IMG/VR virus record: IMGVR_UViG_3300013426_000019
Coordinates: 94,769 to 158,768 of that record
Reading direction: 5' to 3' (one strand)
DNA: 64,000 bases
Source of the DNA: a virus
Taxonomy: Duplodnaviria > Caudoviricetes
This document shows positions 37,208 to 48,100 of the stretch, piece by piece. The notes under the pieces were generated by a model that was not told where the DNA came from, did not search any database, and worked only from the letters and a program-made list of their open reading frames with translations. Position 1 is the first letter of the stretch; each line of letters starts with the position of its first letter. The translations under genes were made by a program, and so were the position numbers.

Positions 37208-37230
37208 GAATAAATTAGTTTGGAGGGGGC

Positions 37231-37259
37231 TTGACTAACTTGCAAAAATAAGGTAATAT
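37231..37259 (+). promoter_or_regulatory. sigma70 promoter
   Basis: TTGACT-17-TAATAT. Confidence 0.6.
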
Positions 37260-37288
37260 ATAAATGTAAATAAGGAGCTTAGAAAAAT

Positions 37289-37948
37289 ATGGCAAATGAT
37301 GCCCCACTTGTGTTCTTGGATGTAGAGACAACAGGGTTAGACTACAAGACATGTTCAATTATACAGCTATCAGGAATCATTAAAGTTGTAGGTAAAGAAG
37401 AGGTCACCTTCGATTATAGAATTAGACCTTATAAGAATGACACAATCTCTGAAATAGCAGCGGAGAAGACAGGTCTAACACAAGATATAATAATGCAATA
37501 CCCTGAAGTAGGTGGGGTGGTTAAGGAGTTCAAGGCTCTATTAGATAGCACCCTGAAGATTGAAGGTAGCAATAGAATTAGGCGTGCATACTTTGTTGGT
37601 TATAACTCTCAGTTCGATATGGACTTTGTGAGAGATCTACTAGACCTAAATGGCTCTAACTTCAAGAGATACTTCTACTTCCCGGATATTGATGTAATGA
37701 GATTATATGCTCTATACTTTATGTGCAAGAGAGGTAGTATTAAGAGCTTCAAGCTAACAGATATATATGAGGCAATCTTTGGGGAAGAGTTGGTAAATGC
37801 CCATGATGCCTTAGTTGATATACAAGCTACAAAGAAGTTATATGAAGCAATCTTCTTGAGATATCAACTCAACATAGATATGGCAGAAGCAGTTAAAATA
37901 GTTGCGGGTGAAAACGAGCAAAGCGAAGAAGAGAAGGTTATACTATAA
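37289..37948 (+). CDS. DEDDh 3'-5' exonuclease (DnaQ-like)
   Basis: LDVETTG, GYNSQFD, HDALVD. Confidence 0.9.
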   Translation: MANDAPLVFLDVETTGLDYKTCSIIQLSGIIKVVGKEEVTFDYRIRPYKNDTISEIAAEKTGLTQDIIMQYPEVGGVVKEFKALLDSTLKIEGSNRIRRAYFVGYNSQFDMDFVRDLLDLNGSNFKRYFYFPDIDVMRLYALYFMCKRGSIKSFKLTDIYEAIFGEELVNAHDALVDIQATKKLYEAIFLRYQLNIDMAEAVKIVAGENEQSEEEKVIL

Positions 37949-37950
37949 TT

Positions 37951-39978
37951 ATGTTAATCCTAAAACGCTTACACATGCAAAACTTCATGTCTATAGATGA
38001 ACTAGATATAGACTTCGAAGATAACGAAGTTATGGCTATATGCGGCCAGAACGGTTCCGGTAAATCATCCTTGCTCTATGCCATTGCCTTCCTGTTAACA
38101 GGCTATAGAAAAGGGGAGAGTTACAGAGACTATGTTAAGACGGGTTGTGATACAGCCTATCTATACTTAGAGGCAACACTTAAAGGATCCCCACTATATT
38201 GTGAGGCAGAGTTATTAGGTAATCAGAAGAAAGGTATAATGCAGCCTACTAAGAGGAAGACTATCTACAAAGGAGTGACTTACCTTAATAGTGATCACAA
38301 TCAGTTCATTAAGGAGAATGAGTTATCTTATGTGGAGTCACTCCTCTTCATGTTCCAGGACTCTAATAAAGATATTATAGATGCCAAACCATCTGAAAGA
38401 GCAGCTATGTTAAAGAAGCTCTTAAAGTTTGAGTTCACGGATATAGTAGATAAGTTAAATCAGGAACAAGAGTTGAAGAAGATTGAAAAAGTGGAGAAGG
38501 GTGCAATCTTAGATGAGCTAAAAACACATACCTTCGAGACTCAGAGACTGGCAAGAGAAATACCGCCTACAATGATAGCTCAGTGGAGTAGTAAAGTAGA
38601 TGAAATAAATAACAATCTCAGGAAGCTAGAGGATATAAAGGGAATATCCGAAGATAATATAAATAGATCTCTGAATGAAATAAGGTTCAATATTAAGAAT
38701 ACTGAGCAGAGTATAGAAAGAGAAGAAGTAGAAGAAAAACAGATCCTTCGACTACTAGAAGCAAAGAACGAAGAGCTAAATAAGGTAAGTGAAGAAGACC
38801 TAATAAATGAGCTGAGTAAACTGCAAGAGGAACTTAAAATACATCAAAATGAATATAAACTCCTAAGAGATAAAGCAGAAGAGATAACTCAAACTATAAA
38901 GGTTGAAGAGTATCAAAAGAGTGAGTTAACTAAGCAGATTAAAATAAGCAGTAAAGGTGTCTGTCATGCGTGTGGGCAGGCAATAACACAAGAACATATA
39001 GATAGCTTAAATACTAAACTAAAAGCTGTTGAGGATCAAATAGAAAAGTCTAAACAGAGCTTAGAGGACCTACATTATGATAGGAATAATACTAAAGAAA
39101 AAGAACTAAATGCAGCAATAACTCAACAACGCAATAAAGTACAGTCACATAAAAATAGCCTAGCTGAAGTTGAGTATAATAAGAAGAGACTCGAAAGCAA
39201 TAGAGAGTTAAGCGCGGAGAGGAAGAAGTACTTAAATGAGTTAAGGAACAGGGAAAGTAGTACTCTGGAAGAATTACAGAGGTATGCTAAAATAGCACCT
39301 ATAATTAGAGAGAAGGATGAACTTGTAGCTGAGCTGGATCAACTAAAGGAGAAGATCCAAAAAGCACAAGAAGAGAAGATTAGAAACGTAGAACGTAAAA
39401 GGAATAACGAAATCATCTTGAAAGAGAAGGTGCAATGTGAAGAGAAGCTTAATAAGTTAACGGCAGAAATCAATAATCTGTTATTGGAAATAAGCTTATC
39501 TAAATCAGCCTCTACAATCTTTGAAAGTTCGTTCCCGTCGTTCCTGGTACTACAAGCAACTCAAAGACTAGAGAATTATATAAATGAGATTGTTCAGAAG
39601 ATCTTCCCATATATGAAGGTTAAGTTGCAAATGCAGAGATCCGGGGTAACGTTCCTGTATACAGCTGAGAGTAGCAATGATGAGTGGTTACCTGTAGCAA
39701 TGGCTTCAGGAGCTCAAAAGGCAGTATTAAGCTTGGCTTATAAGACATCCCTTGCAAGACTGTATGGCCTAACTTGTATAATGTTAGATGAGGTGGATGC
39801 AAGTTGCACTGCTAACAATGCTGAGATTATATATAAGTTTGTAGCTAGTCTTAATTGCTTCCAGCAACTAATCTTCATCAGTCATCGTCCTGAGAGTATA
39901 CAGGCAGCTAAGTCTGTTAATCCAGGTGTGGTCGTATATACAGTAGATAAAGGCACATATACGCTAGTGGAGGAGTAA
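37951..39978 (+). CDS. SbcC/Rad50/gp46-like recombination ATPase
   Basis: GQNGSGKS, Q-loop, coiled coil with CHAC zinc hook, ASGAQ signature, LDEVD, SH. Confidence 0.9.
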   Translation: MLILKRLHMQNFMSIDELDIDFEDNEVMAICGQNGSGKSSLLYAIAFLLTGYRKGESYRDYVKTGCDTAYLYLEATLKGSPLYCEAELLGNQKKGIMQPTKRKTIYKGVTYLNSDHNQFIKENELSYVESLLFMFQDSNKDIIDAKPSERAAMLKKLLKFEFTDIVDKLNQEQELKKIEKVEKGAILDELKTHTFETQRLAREIPPTMIAQWSSKVDEINNNLRKLEDIKGISEDNINRSLNEIRFNIKNTEQSIEREEVEEKQILRLLEAKNEELNKVSEEDLINELSKLQEELKIHQNEYKLLRDKAEEITQTIKVEEYQKSELTKQIKISSKGVCHACGQAITQEHIDSLNTKLKAVEDQIEKSKQSLEDLHYDRNNTKEKELNAAITQQRNKVQSHKNSLAEVEYNKKRLESNRELSAERKKYLNELRNRESSTLEELQRYAKIAPIIREKDELVAELDQLKEKIQKAQEEKIRNVERKRNNEIILKEKVQCEEKLNKLTAEINNLLLEISLSKSASTIFESSFPSFLVLQATQRLENYINEIVQKIFPYMKVKLQMQRSGVTFLYTAESSNDEWLPVAMASGAQKAVLSLAYKTSLARLYGLTCIMLDEVDASCTANNAEIIYKFVASLNCFQQLIFISHRPESIQAAKSVNPGVVVYTVDKGTYTLVEE

Positions 39979-39992
39979 TATCCTCCACGTAA

Positions 39993-40505
39993 TTAAAATT
40001 GTATGAAGGCTCCAGCACCATATATGAAGGACTGTGTCCTGGTTACATCGATACCTAACTTAGCATAAATACCAACCTTGCCTAATAAGACAGCCCCTAA
40101 AGCTATAGATACTTGTTGAGGTAGGGTGCCTGCGAAGTTTAGGTCAGCCCCTAATAATCCTACAATAGACTTAGGCTTAGTATACTTCTTGTAGTTAGCA
40201 ATGAGGGCTTGGTACTTAGAATCTAAACTACTATACTTATCTCTAAGTGCCAGGTTCTCCGCGACATAACTCTTAACCTCACTAGCCAACTCCTTGGAAG
40301 ACTTATCAAGCTCATCATACTTAAAGTCCAGCTCATAATAAGCCTTGGCAATCTCTAACAACACATCCTTATCAGTCATACCCTCAGGGACTACAACATC
40401 ATAGATGCCCTTAGAGGTCTCAACTGTATATACTGTATCCCCTGCACATATAACCCCTACACACATTAGGAGTGACAATATAATTATGGTTAATCTCTTA
40501 ATCAT
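39993..40505 (-). CDS. secreted coiled-coil protein with C-terminal amphipathic beta-strands (spanin-like candidate)
   Basis: Signal peptide, coiled coil, terminal YGAGAFIQF. Confidence 0.5.
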   Translation of the reverse strand: MIKRLTIIILSLLMCVGVICAGDTVYTVETSKGIYDVVVPEGMTDKDVLLEIAKAYYELDFKYDELDKSSKELASEVKSYVAENLALRDKYSSLDSKYQALIANYKKYTKPKSIVGLLGADLNFAGTLPQQVSIALGAVLLGKVGIYAKLGIDVTRTQSFIYGAGAFIQF

Positions 40506-40809
40506 TGCTGTGTTCTCCTGGTAGAATCTTCTTGATAAGATCTCTCTCGGTAGGCTTACTTATACTCTCTATCTCTTCGATCTTATTAAGGACCTCACTC
40601 TCCTTATCCTCTACAGATTTGGTTGTGTCCTCAATGTCACTCTTTAAATCCTTAATTTGCTTACCTTGCTCCTTAATCTCTCCTTCTAACTTACCCTTAG
40701 AAGACCCAAACAGAAGTCTAATTATGAGAGCTCCAATAGGTATGATAAGCAAAGTCCAACCCTTCTTGAAGAAGTTCTTAATCTTAGTCCAAATATCTTG
40801 TATGCTCAT
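40498..40809 (-). CDS. single-TM coiled-coil protein (i-spanin-like candidate)
   Basis: N-terminal TM followed by coiled coil; 8-bp overlap with the next gene. Confidence 0.5.
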   Translation of the reverse strand: MSIQDIWTKIKNFFKKGWTLLIIPIGALIIRLLFGSSKGKLEGEIKEQGKQIKDLKSDIEDTTKSVEDKESEVLNKIEEIESISKPTERDLIKKILPGEHSND

Positions 40810-40849
40810 GTAATATTAAGTTGCCTAAACCTCACTTATTATATATAAG

Positions 40850-42070
40850 GTGGTAATTATGAACTCAAGAATAGTAGAAGCCGGTGTGGCTAAGAATATA
40901 GATCAAGCGTTCAAGAATGTATTATGGAGTATTGCGCAGCAGTCGTCGAAGAGGTACTATCAGCCTCTTAACTTAACTACCCCAAGACAACAGCAGCAGT
41001 TTACACTTAGAACATATAACTCTCTGTTGTATAGAGCAGGCACTAATCAAATCAAGATGGATACAGATGCAGCTGTACTTAGGAATGTGGCTAATAAGGA
41101 TGCCAAAGCTGCCTATAATGCAAGTGTCTTAAAAGCTCAGCAAATGACCCAAGCAAAGCAACAGACTCAACAAACTACTCAAACTGCTCAATCTAATCAG
41201 CCTGAAACCCAACAAGCGCAAACTAGTACTGCAAAGCCTGCTCAACAAACACAGACACAGCAAGCGCAGGCCCAACAGAAAGGCACAGGAATAGGTAATA
41301 GTGGTGTAAAGAATATAGGAAAAGAAGGTACCATCAATATGAGGGATCTTGAGATTATAAAACAAAACTTAGGGAATCTAGGGGGGAGACTATCACGTCT
41401 AAATAAAGGCTTCAAAAACTCTATAGTTGACCTTAGAATAATGGATGATCCTGCAATAGGTAAAAAAGTATATAAACTCCCGGCCCATCTAGTGCTTACA
41501 ATAAAAACAGGAATCCCTGTTCCTGTTAAGGATAAGCAACAAGCTCCTAAAGAGCAATCCAAAGAGCAACAAGCTCCTAAAGAGCAATCCAAAGAGCAAC
41601 AAGCTGAATCTAATACTCAGCAAACAGCACAATCTGGTACTGAAAAATCAAGTACTGAAGAACCAAAAGTTAAAGAGGCTATAATTACAGAAGAAGATTG
41701 TGCTCTTCTCGAGGCCTATAAATATAAAGAAGAACTCTATAAATATGAAGAGTTGTTTGGAAAGAAAGTAGATCCTGCAAATTATATTATAAGTGAAGAG
41801 GGAAGAGAAGATATAAAGAAGGTAATAGAAAACGCCTTTGAGAATAGCTTGATAAATTATGAGCAAACAACTCTAATCCCTAAAGTAGGAGAAATAAAAA
41901 TTATGGATGCACGAGGTACAGAAATTAAAGATCCAGGTGAAGATGAGGAACTAGAAGGCTATATAGAAATTGAGACACCAGTTACACTCGAAGAGGGTAA
42001 ACCTAAATTAGGTGATAGAATCTTACATGGTGTTGGCACAGTCCTTAAAGTTCTAAGCGCAGGTAGGTGA
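40850..42070 (+). CDS. Gln/Thr-rich low-complexity protein
   Basis: Q-rich linkers and an internal tandem repeat. Confidence 0.65.
   Translation: MVIMNSRIVEAGVAKNIDQAFKNVLWSIAQQSSKRYYQPLNLTTPRQQQQFTLRTYNSLLYRAGTNQIKMDTDAAVLRNVANKDAKAAYNASVLKAQQMTQAKQQTQQTTQTAQSNQPETQQAQTSTAKPAQQTQTQQAQAQQKGTGIGNSGVKNIGKEGTINMRDLEIIKQNLGNLGGRLSRLNKGFKNSIVDLRIMDDPAIGKKVYKLPAHLVLTIKTGIPVPVKDKQQAPKEQSKEQQAPKEQSKEQQAESNTQQTAQSGTEKSSTEEPKVKEAIITEEDCALLEAYKYKEELYKYEELFGKKVDPANYIISEEGREDIKKVIENAFENSLINYEQTTLIPKVGEIKIMDARGTEIKDPGEDEELEGYIEIETPVTLEEGKPKLGDRILHGVGTVLKVLSAGR
41534..41605 (+). repeat. 30-bp in-frame tandem repeat (QQAPKEQSKE, about 2.4 copies)
   Basis: CAACAAGCTCCTAAAGAGCAATCCAAAGAG repeated. Confidence 0.85.
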
Positions 42071-42118
42071 ATATGAACCCTGACTTAAAAGCTCATGTGA
42101 ATCCCTGAAAACAATAAA

Positions 42119-42138
42119 GCCCTCACATTGTAGAGGGC
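42119..42138. terminator. hairpin at the major convergence of transcription
   Basis: GCCCTC/GAGGGC. Confidence 0.5.
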
Positions 42139-42191
42139 ATTAAATTACGTTAAATGCAGCGCATATTGCGCATATAAACAGCGATTCGGTG

Positions 42192-45100
42192 TCAGGACAT
42201 ATAACTACTATGGCTGATATCCTTGACAATAACTAACCTTAAATTGGTCTTCATGTAAGCTAAAGCAGCCTTCTGGGAATCCCAAGATATTCTAGAGCCA
42301 TCCTTAAGGGTCTTAACACCTGTGGAGTTAATACCCTTAACCCAGGGTATACACCAGGCCTGCTCTTCATTAAGATTACCTGCATCGTCAAATACAACCT
42401 TAGAAGCAGCATACATCCTAAATGATACTTTGCGCAAGAAGTTAATGTAGTTGAGTATAGCAGGCTTACCAGCAGCAACCATTACTTCATCCAAGCCCTC
42501 TGTACTCATAACAGCTTCCTGGTACCCCGTGCTCTCTCGAGGTCTACCTTCAAGAGTTATCCACTCCTCCAAAGTCTCGTTAGTTGTAGTATCTCTGCGA
42601 TATATCTTCTTCTTGAGTGTAGGCATCCAGTACTGATCCTTGTCAACTTCAGGGTCCTTAGCTGGGTTAGAGGGATCTGAATCTATATCATTGATAGGGT
42701 CTTTAGTTAAGTGACCTTTATAGTAGTTAGCACACCACTGGGCTATATCAGCTGCGTAGATATTAGGGTCAGCAGCGGTCATACAACTCTTACTAGGATC
42801 CATAATCATGTTGAAGTTATATCTAATATCCTTAAGCTGACCTAAGTATATAACTGGCACAATCCTATTACCACTCTCATCAGTATTATCATCAGATACT
42901 AAGTAGAGATGATCATTGGGGTTAGAGTTAGTGAAGGCCTTGAGTGCTCGAGGAGTCTTAATCTTGACCTTACCCACATACTTCTTCTTATTATCTGCAG
43001 GACCCTTCTCAAAGGCTATATCATAGGCTTCATCTGATACACCGTAGTCAATATAAGATTCAGTGTCCTTGATATAGATAGCATCGTATAAGTACTGATA
43101 CTCAGGGATCTTAACACCTACTCCAAACTCTTTGAAGTCATCATCCTTGTTAGCCAGGGCAGCCATGTTGTTCTTCTGAACTGTACCATATCGAGCGCCT
43201 AATAACCACCCCATAGACTCACCGTCTGTGGCATCATTGAAGCCCCCTGCTCCTCCTAACTCCTCTCTAAGATCCTTTAAGCTTTGACCTTGATAAGATG
43301 TAACCTCGTTGGTATTGGACGTCTTGACCATTATGTCTCTATAAGGTGTATGGATCTTCTTGAGGTCTTCGGTAGGTATACTCTGAGTTTGGCCATCTGA
43401 ATCCTCAGTTCTAATATCAGGATATGATGTAACCAATCCGCTCTCATCTGTATCTGAGGTATAAGCTAATAAGTCAAGCTCGTTGTCTTTGACATATAAG
43501 TCAATATACTCCGCAGGTGTACAATACAACTTGACTATCTCCTCTTCACTATAGAATGGACAACTCTTCTGAACTAAGCATCTTGAGCAAGTCAAGATAC
43601 ATTGGTTAGATATCTCAGCTCTTAAGGCCTCCATCTCTGACTTGTAGTAGAACTTGCCAGGTAGCTTAACATTGGTGTTAGTTGCATCTTGCGCTGGTAA
43701 CCAAGCTAACTCGTTCATCTTAGCCACAGGTACTACGTTCATGTACTTATCATAGCTACTTATAAGGTTGTTAGCATAGTTCTCTATGTTCTTGTTATAG
43801 ATATTATCTCTTACAAACGGCATAAGCCTAGCTAGGGTGCCTTCAGAGGTGTTGAGACGATTATTGAGCATTAAGTATCTGCGATAGTATAAACTATTGG
43901 ATCTACCTTGTGGTTCTTTGTCCCCTTTAACGTACTTGACGTAATAAGGTGCTGAACCTGTACCTTCAAGTGCACTCTTAATGAAGCTGCCTATAGCCTC
44001 CAGTACTGTTACCGTTGCATCTGTTATAGAGGTGCTATATATTGTTAGGGGTATTATAGCATAACTATTGGCCTTAGCATTGCTTTGTATTACCTTACCC
44101 ACCTCTGTGCTGTCATTAGGTGTTAAGATGTTAGTGTTAGGATCATAAGTTGGTACAATTGTGGTTAACTTAATGTTAACTGCAGCTGCACCGGTGTTAT
44201 TAGGATCCTCCTTCTCACCTAATACATTGTAGAAGTAGTTAACACCTTCTGAGTTCTGGGAGTTGTGAGATCCTAAGTATGCTCTGACTTGTTCCCTTGT
44301 AGGTAGACTATACTTAGCGCTTCCCATTATTGTTGAGGCTCTCTTGAAGGTTCTCTCCCTTATTATTACCCTAAGAGCATCTATTAAGAGTTGTCGCTCT
44401 CTATATTCAGTGTCAGTTAAAGCTTTAAGAGCTGTAGCGTCGTCGCTGGTTAACATATGTCTTCTAATCCAAGCACTCTCAGTGTCTCCGCTGAACATAC
44501 CTACTACTAGATCAAGTGTATAACTTAACCTTGCTCCAAACTTACTCAGAATATTTGGATTGTTTGTCTTAAGTGATTGCTTGGCTTCTCTAAATGCATC
44601 TAATAACTCAGGGGCACTGAACGCTGCAAGACTACCATTCTTTATACGTTCAAAGTCTATCTTGAGTCCTTCGCTATCATTTAAAGTCTCATAGTCTACA
44701 GAGGTGCCGAAGACTGCATTAACAGAATCTGCAGTATAATAGTCAAGATAGATTGCTTTGAGATTCTCTTGGACTGTGTTTGCTCCTATTGCCTTAAGTC
44801 TTGCTTGAGTTATCATATCATAGATTACATCTACAATGGCATTATCTAACTTACTTGCCTCTTGTATTAAGACATCGCTCATCAGGATTTGCTTGTCCTC
44901 CTTTAAAGCTATAGCAGTTGGGTTACCAAGGCTTAAGAACGCTTTAGTGTTATTGCCGAAGTATCCATCTATCTTCTCACATAATTCTCTTGTCAAGTTG
45001 CCTGAAGACACCAGTGCTTTAGATATATCATCCCTCATCTCTTTGAGAGATGGTCTCTCCTTAAGTATGTTGGTAGCTCCTTCTTTGGGTCTGAAGGTGA

Positions 45101-48100
45101 TATTTTTAATTCTATTAGCTAGCTCTTCACTGAAGGCTTCATCATAACCTTCTTTTCCAACCTTATCCTCCCAGCCATCATTGTTCTTAGATGTATCTGT
45201 AATTACCTCATACTCTGTGCTATAATAAGGGCTCTTAGTATCTATTCTGCCTAACAACCCCTGTACGTCTAAGTCTGTAATCTTGTAGGTTGTGTCGTTT
45301 ATAGGGATATCGAATCCTGCCCGTACCAGGTCATTCAATACGGGCCTCATTTGTGTCAGACCATCTACTAGATCCGGGAACTCACTCATTAATAAGGGGT
45401 TCTGTGTTCCTGTTTGATCCTCCAAGCCTGACAACTTGAAGTTCTTGAATATATCGTAGCACGTATTACTTAAGATACTCTTAATACTGTTATTAAGGCT
45501 TGAGCTTTCACCATATATCATATTGATTATAGGCCTGAAGTTTAAGCCTCCTACGTCAGCTCTCTCTAAGTCTGCTCTAGACTGGAACCTTGGTAGACCT
45601 GGTATGATCTTCTTGTTCTTAAGGGTATCTACATCATTTTTATTTACGAGCTCGTTTGTGATAGACTTGTCCCTATTATGCTTAACATTAACCTTAAAGT
45701 AGTTAGAAGGCCAAGACATAGGTGTTACACATAGAGGCTCACTTATGCTTATTCCTATAGGTTTGTCATCCTGATCATATAGCTTTATATTATCTAAGGA
45801 TAACTCTAATGGACTTAAGAAGTAAATATAGCAGTCATATAACGTACCTGTCGATACTTCTACCTCATCCATTATTATTGAGTAGGTAGGGACTCTTAAT
45901 CTCAGACCTAGAATAGTACCACCGCTGGTAGGGTCTATTTTAGCTGAAATGAGAGCTACTAGTCCCGATCTGCTCATATCTGTAGAGTTAGCTACTCCTG
46001 GCGTTCTTCTCTTCACCCTCCTAGATGAGGACTGTATATCTTTTGAGGTTACTTCATCTAGTTCCTCTAGATTATCTACAATGAAGTTATCCCGAACTTG
46101 ATTGATAAGAGCTTCTAAGGAGTTGTCAGTGTTCTTTATCTTTTTAGACTTTTGACTTGACTCTATTATGTCCTTATTATTATCCCTCTTAGCCTTGAGT
46201 TCACTAGACCCAGGTTCGAAGTCAGTGTCACTATTTTTAACTGTATTAGCTGCTAGCATTACAGGTTGAGGTACAGCAGTCATAGCGTAACTTTCTATAG
46301 GTGTATATTCCCCTGTAGATTCATTAAGTCTTGCTCTGAACTTCCTTCTGCAATCTCCTAACGCATAATCTCCCTCTATTAGAGATCCTAGATTGTATGA
46401 CTCATCTCCATCAGTATAAGTGACATTAAAACCACCCCCGCTCTCTGCAGTGTTTATCTTATAATCTACCTCTTTGAAGCCTGTTATTATCTTAGATACT
46501 CTACCTATAGATGTTGAGTATAATCCTTTAGGATAGCTTAGAGTAATAGTTTGATCTGGCGTTTTAAGGTATACTTGCTTAATCTTAGAAGGCTGATACT
46601 TCCTAATCTTAGACACCTTGAAGCTTATAACAGAGTTGTCATCTAACAAACTTATCATAGATCTTTGTGATGTCTTAGTACCATCTTCTTTATATTCTTC
46701 TAGGCCTAGATTCTCCCTAGACATCAAGATTAGAGTATTAGGTAAGTTGTCGCTATAATCTGGGTACACCAGATATGCACCTTGAGGCACTTCTCTTGTA
46801 TTATTAGATAACTCGTCCTTTATGGTTATTGTGGTTCCTTTAGGTGACAATGCTTCGTAAGGTGACAGGAGCTTAATCTTAATATCTGAGATATCTACCC
46901 CTTCCTTCCTTTTGGTACTCTCATCTGTAATAATTGAGTTTCCTTGATTTATTGATATGTCCCCTAAAGTTACTGTATACTTGACAGCTACGTTCTTACT
47001 ATACTCAGTGTAGATTCTGCCTAGATCTGCTGTACCTGCTTCATTGATAGATTCACCGTCTATTACTCTCTGAACTTCTTTTGATTCATAATGAGGTGCA
47101 TACGTGAACAGACCAACCTTATCCTCTCCAGTCTGAACCATTGTATTTTCGGTTATTGTAGTATGCGTGGCTTGCTTTGTTGTTCTAGCATAGACACTAT
47201 CCCCTTGGGTATCTGTCAGGTCTATATTTAAAGTATAAGTGCCGTCATTATTATCCTTAAGGGCTTGAAGGCTGTTCTCTATATATTGATATATAGATTG
47301 CTGAGGTTTAGACTCCTGAGCCTCAAACACCTCCTTAAATTTAGAAGGGTATATTAGGCTTGTTGTAGCGGCCTGTCCAATACTATTATCTCTTAGAGTA
47401 TTCAAGGTCACAACGTTCTCTAAAGCCCTGAGATTGAAGTTGGTGAAGTTGTTTACCTTATATTTATCGAACAGTGTCCCCGAAGCATTAACCAACTTAT
47501 CATATGCTAGAGTTAACTTACCCTTGTATTCATATATCTCACCGTTGTCTAATCTAGTAGCCCCCTTGATTACTTTGTCACCTACCTTAACAGTAGTGTT
47601 CTCATAATCCTTAGATGTTAGCCTTAGAGGGGCGTTGTTGAACGTTCCTCTATTAAGTAGGTGACCTTTGTAATATCTAGTACCAACAGGGATACTGACA
47701 CCCTTCTTGGAGGCCTCAATTGCATCATTGATGAACTTCCAGGAAGTTACTGTATTTATATCCCCTGCTGTGCTCCTCTTATAAGGCTCCTCATACAAGC
47801 CATCTAGTAATCCACTGGCTTGTGCAACGTAGATATTCTCTATTGTTACAAAGCTTCTAACAATATTGTAGATTCCAGTGCGTCTCAAATATTCAGGTAT
47901 TGGATTATCTGCTCTTGTTGTTAACATAGCCTCAGAGGACGTGGCTGTTGCTACTCTAAACATATAAGCCTTATACTTAGCATCCTTAAGCGCCCAATAA
48001 GATTCTATATTTCCAACGGAGTTGCTTATATCACTAGTGCTTACAATCTCTGCCTCCACTAGTAGAGTTTCTGGTATTGCTTCTAAGTTCCCTGTATCCT

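Noticed and set aside
42128-42175. dif-like site at the strand switch (TTACGTTAAAT resembles a XerD arm)
   Set aside because: No XerC-like arm at the required 6-bp spacing
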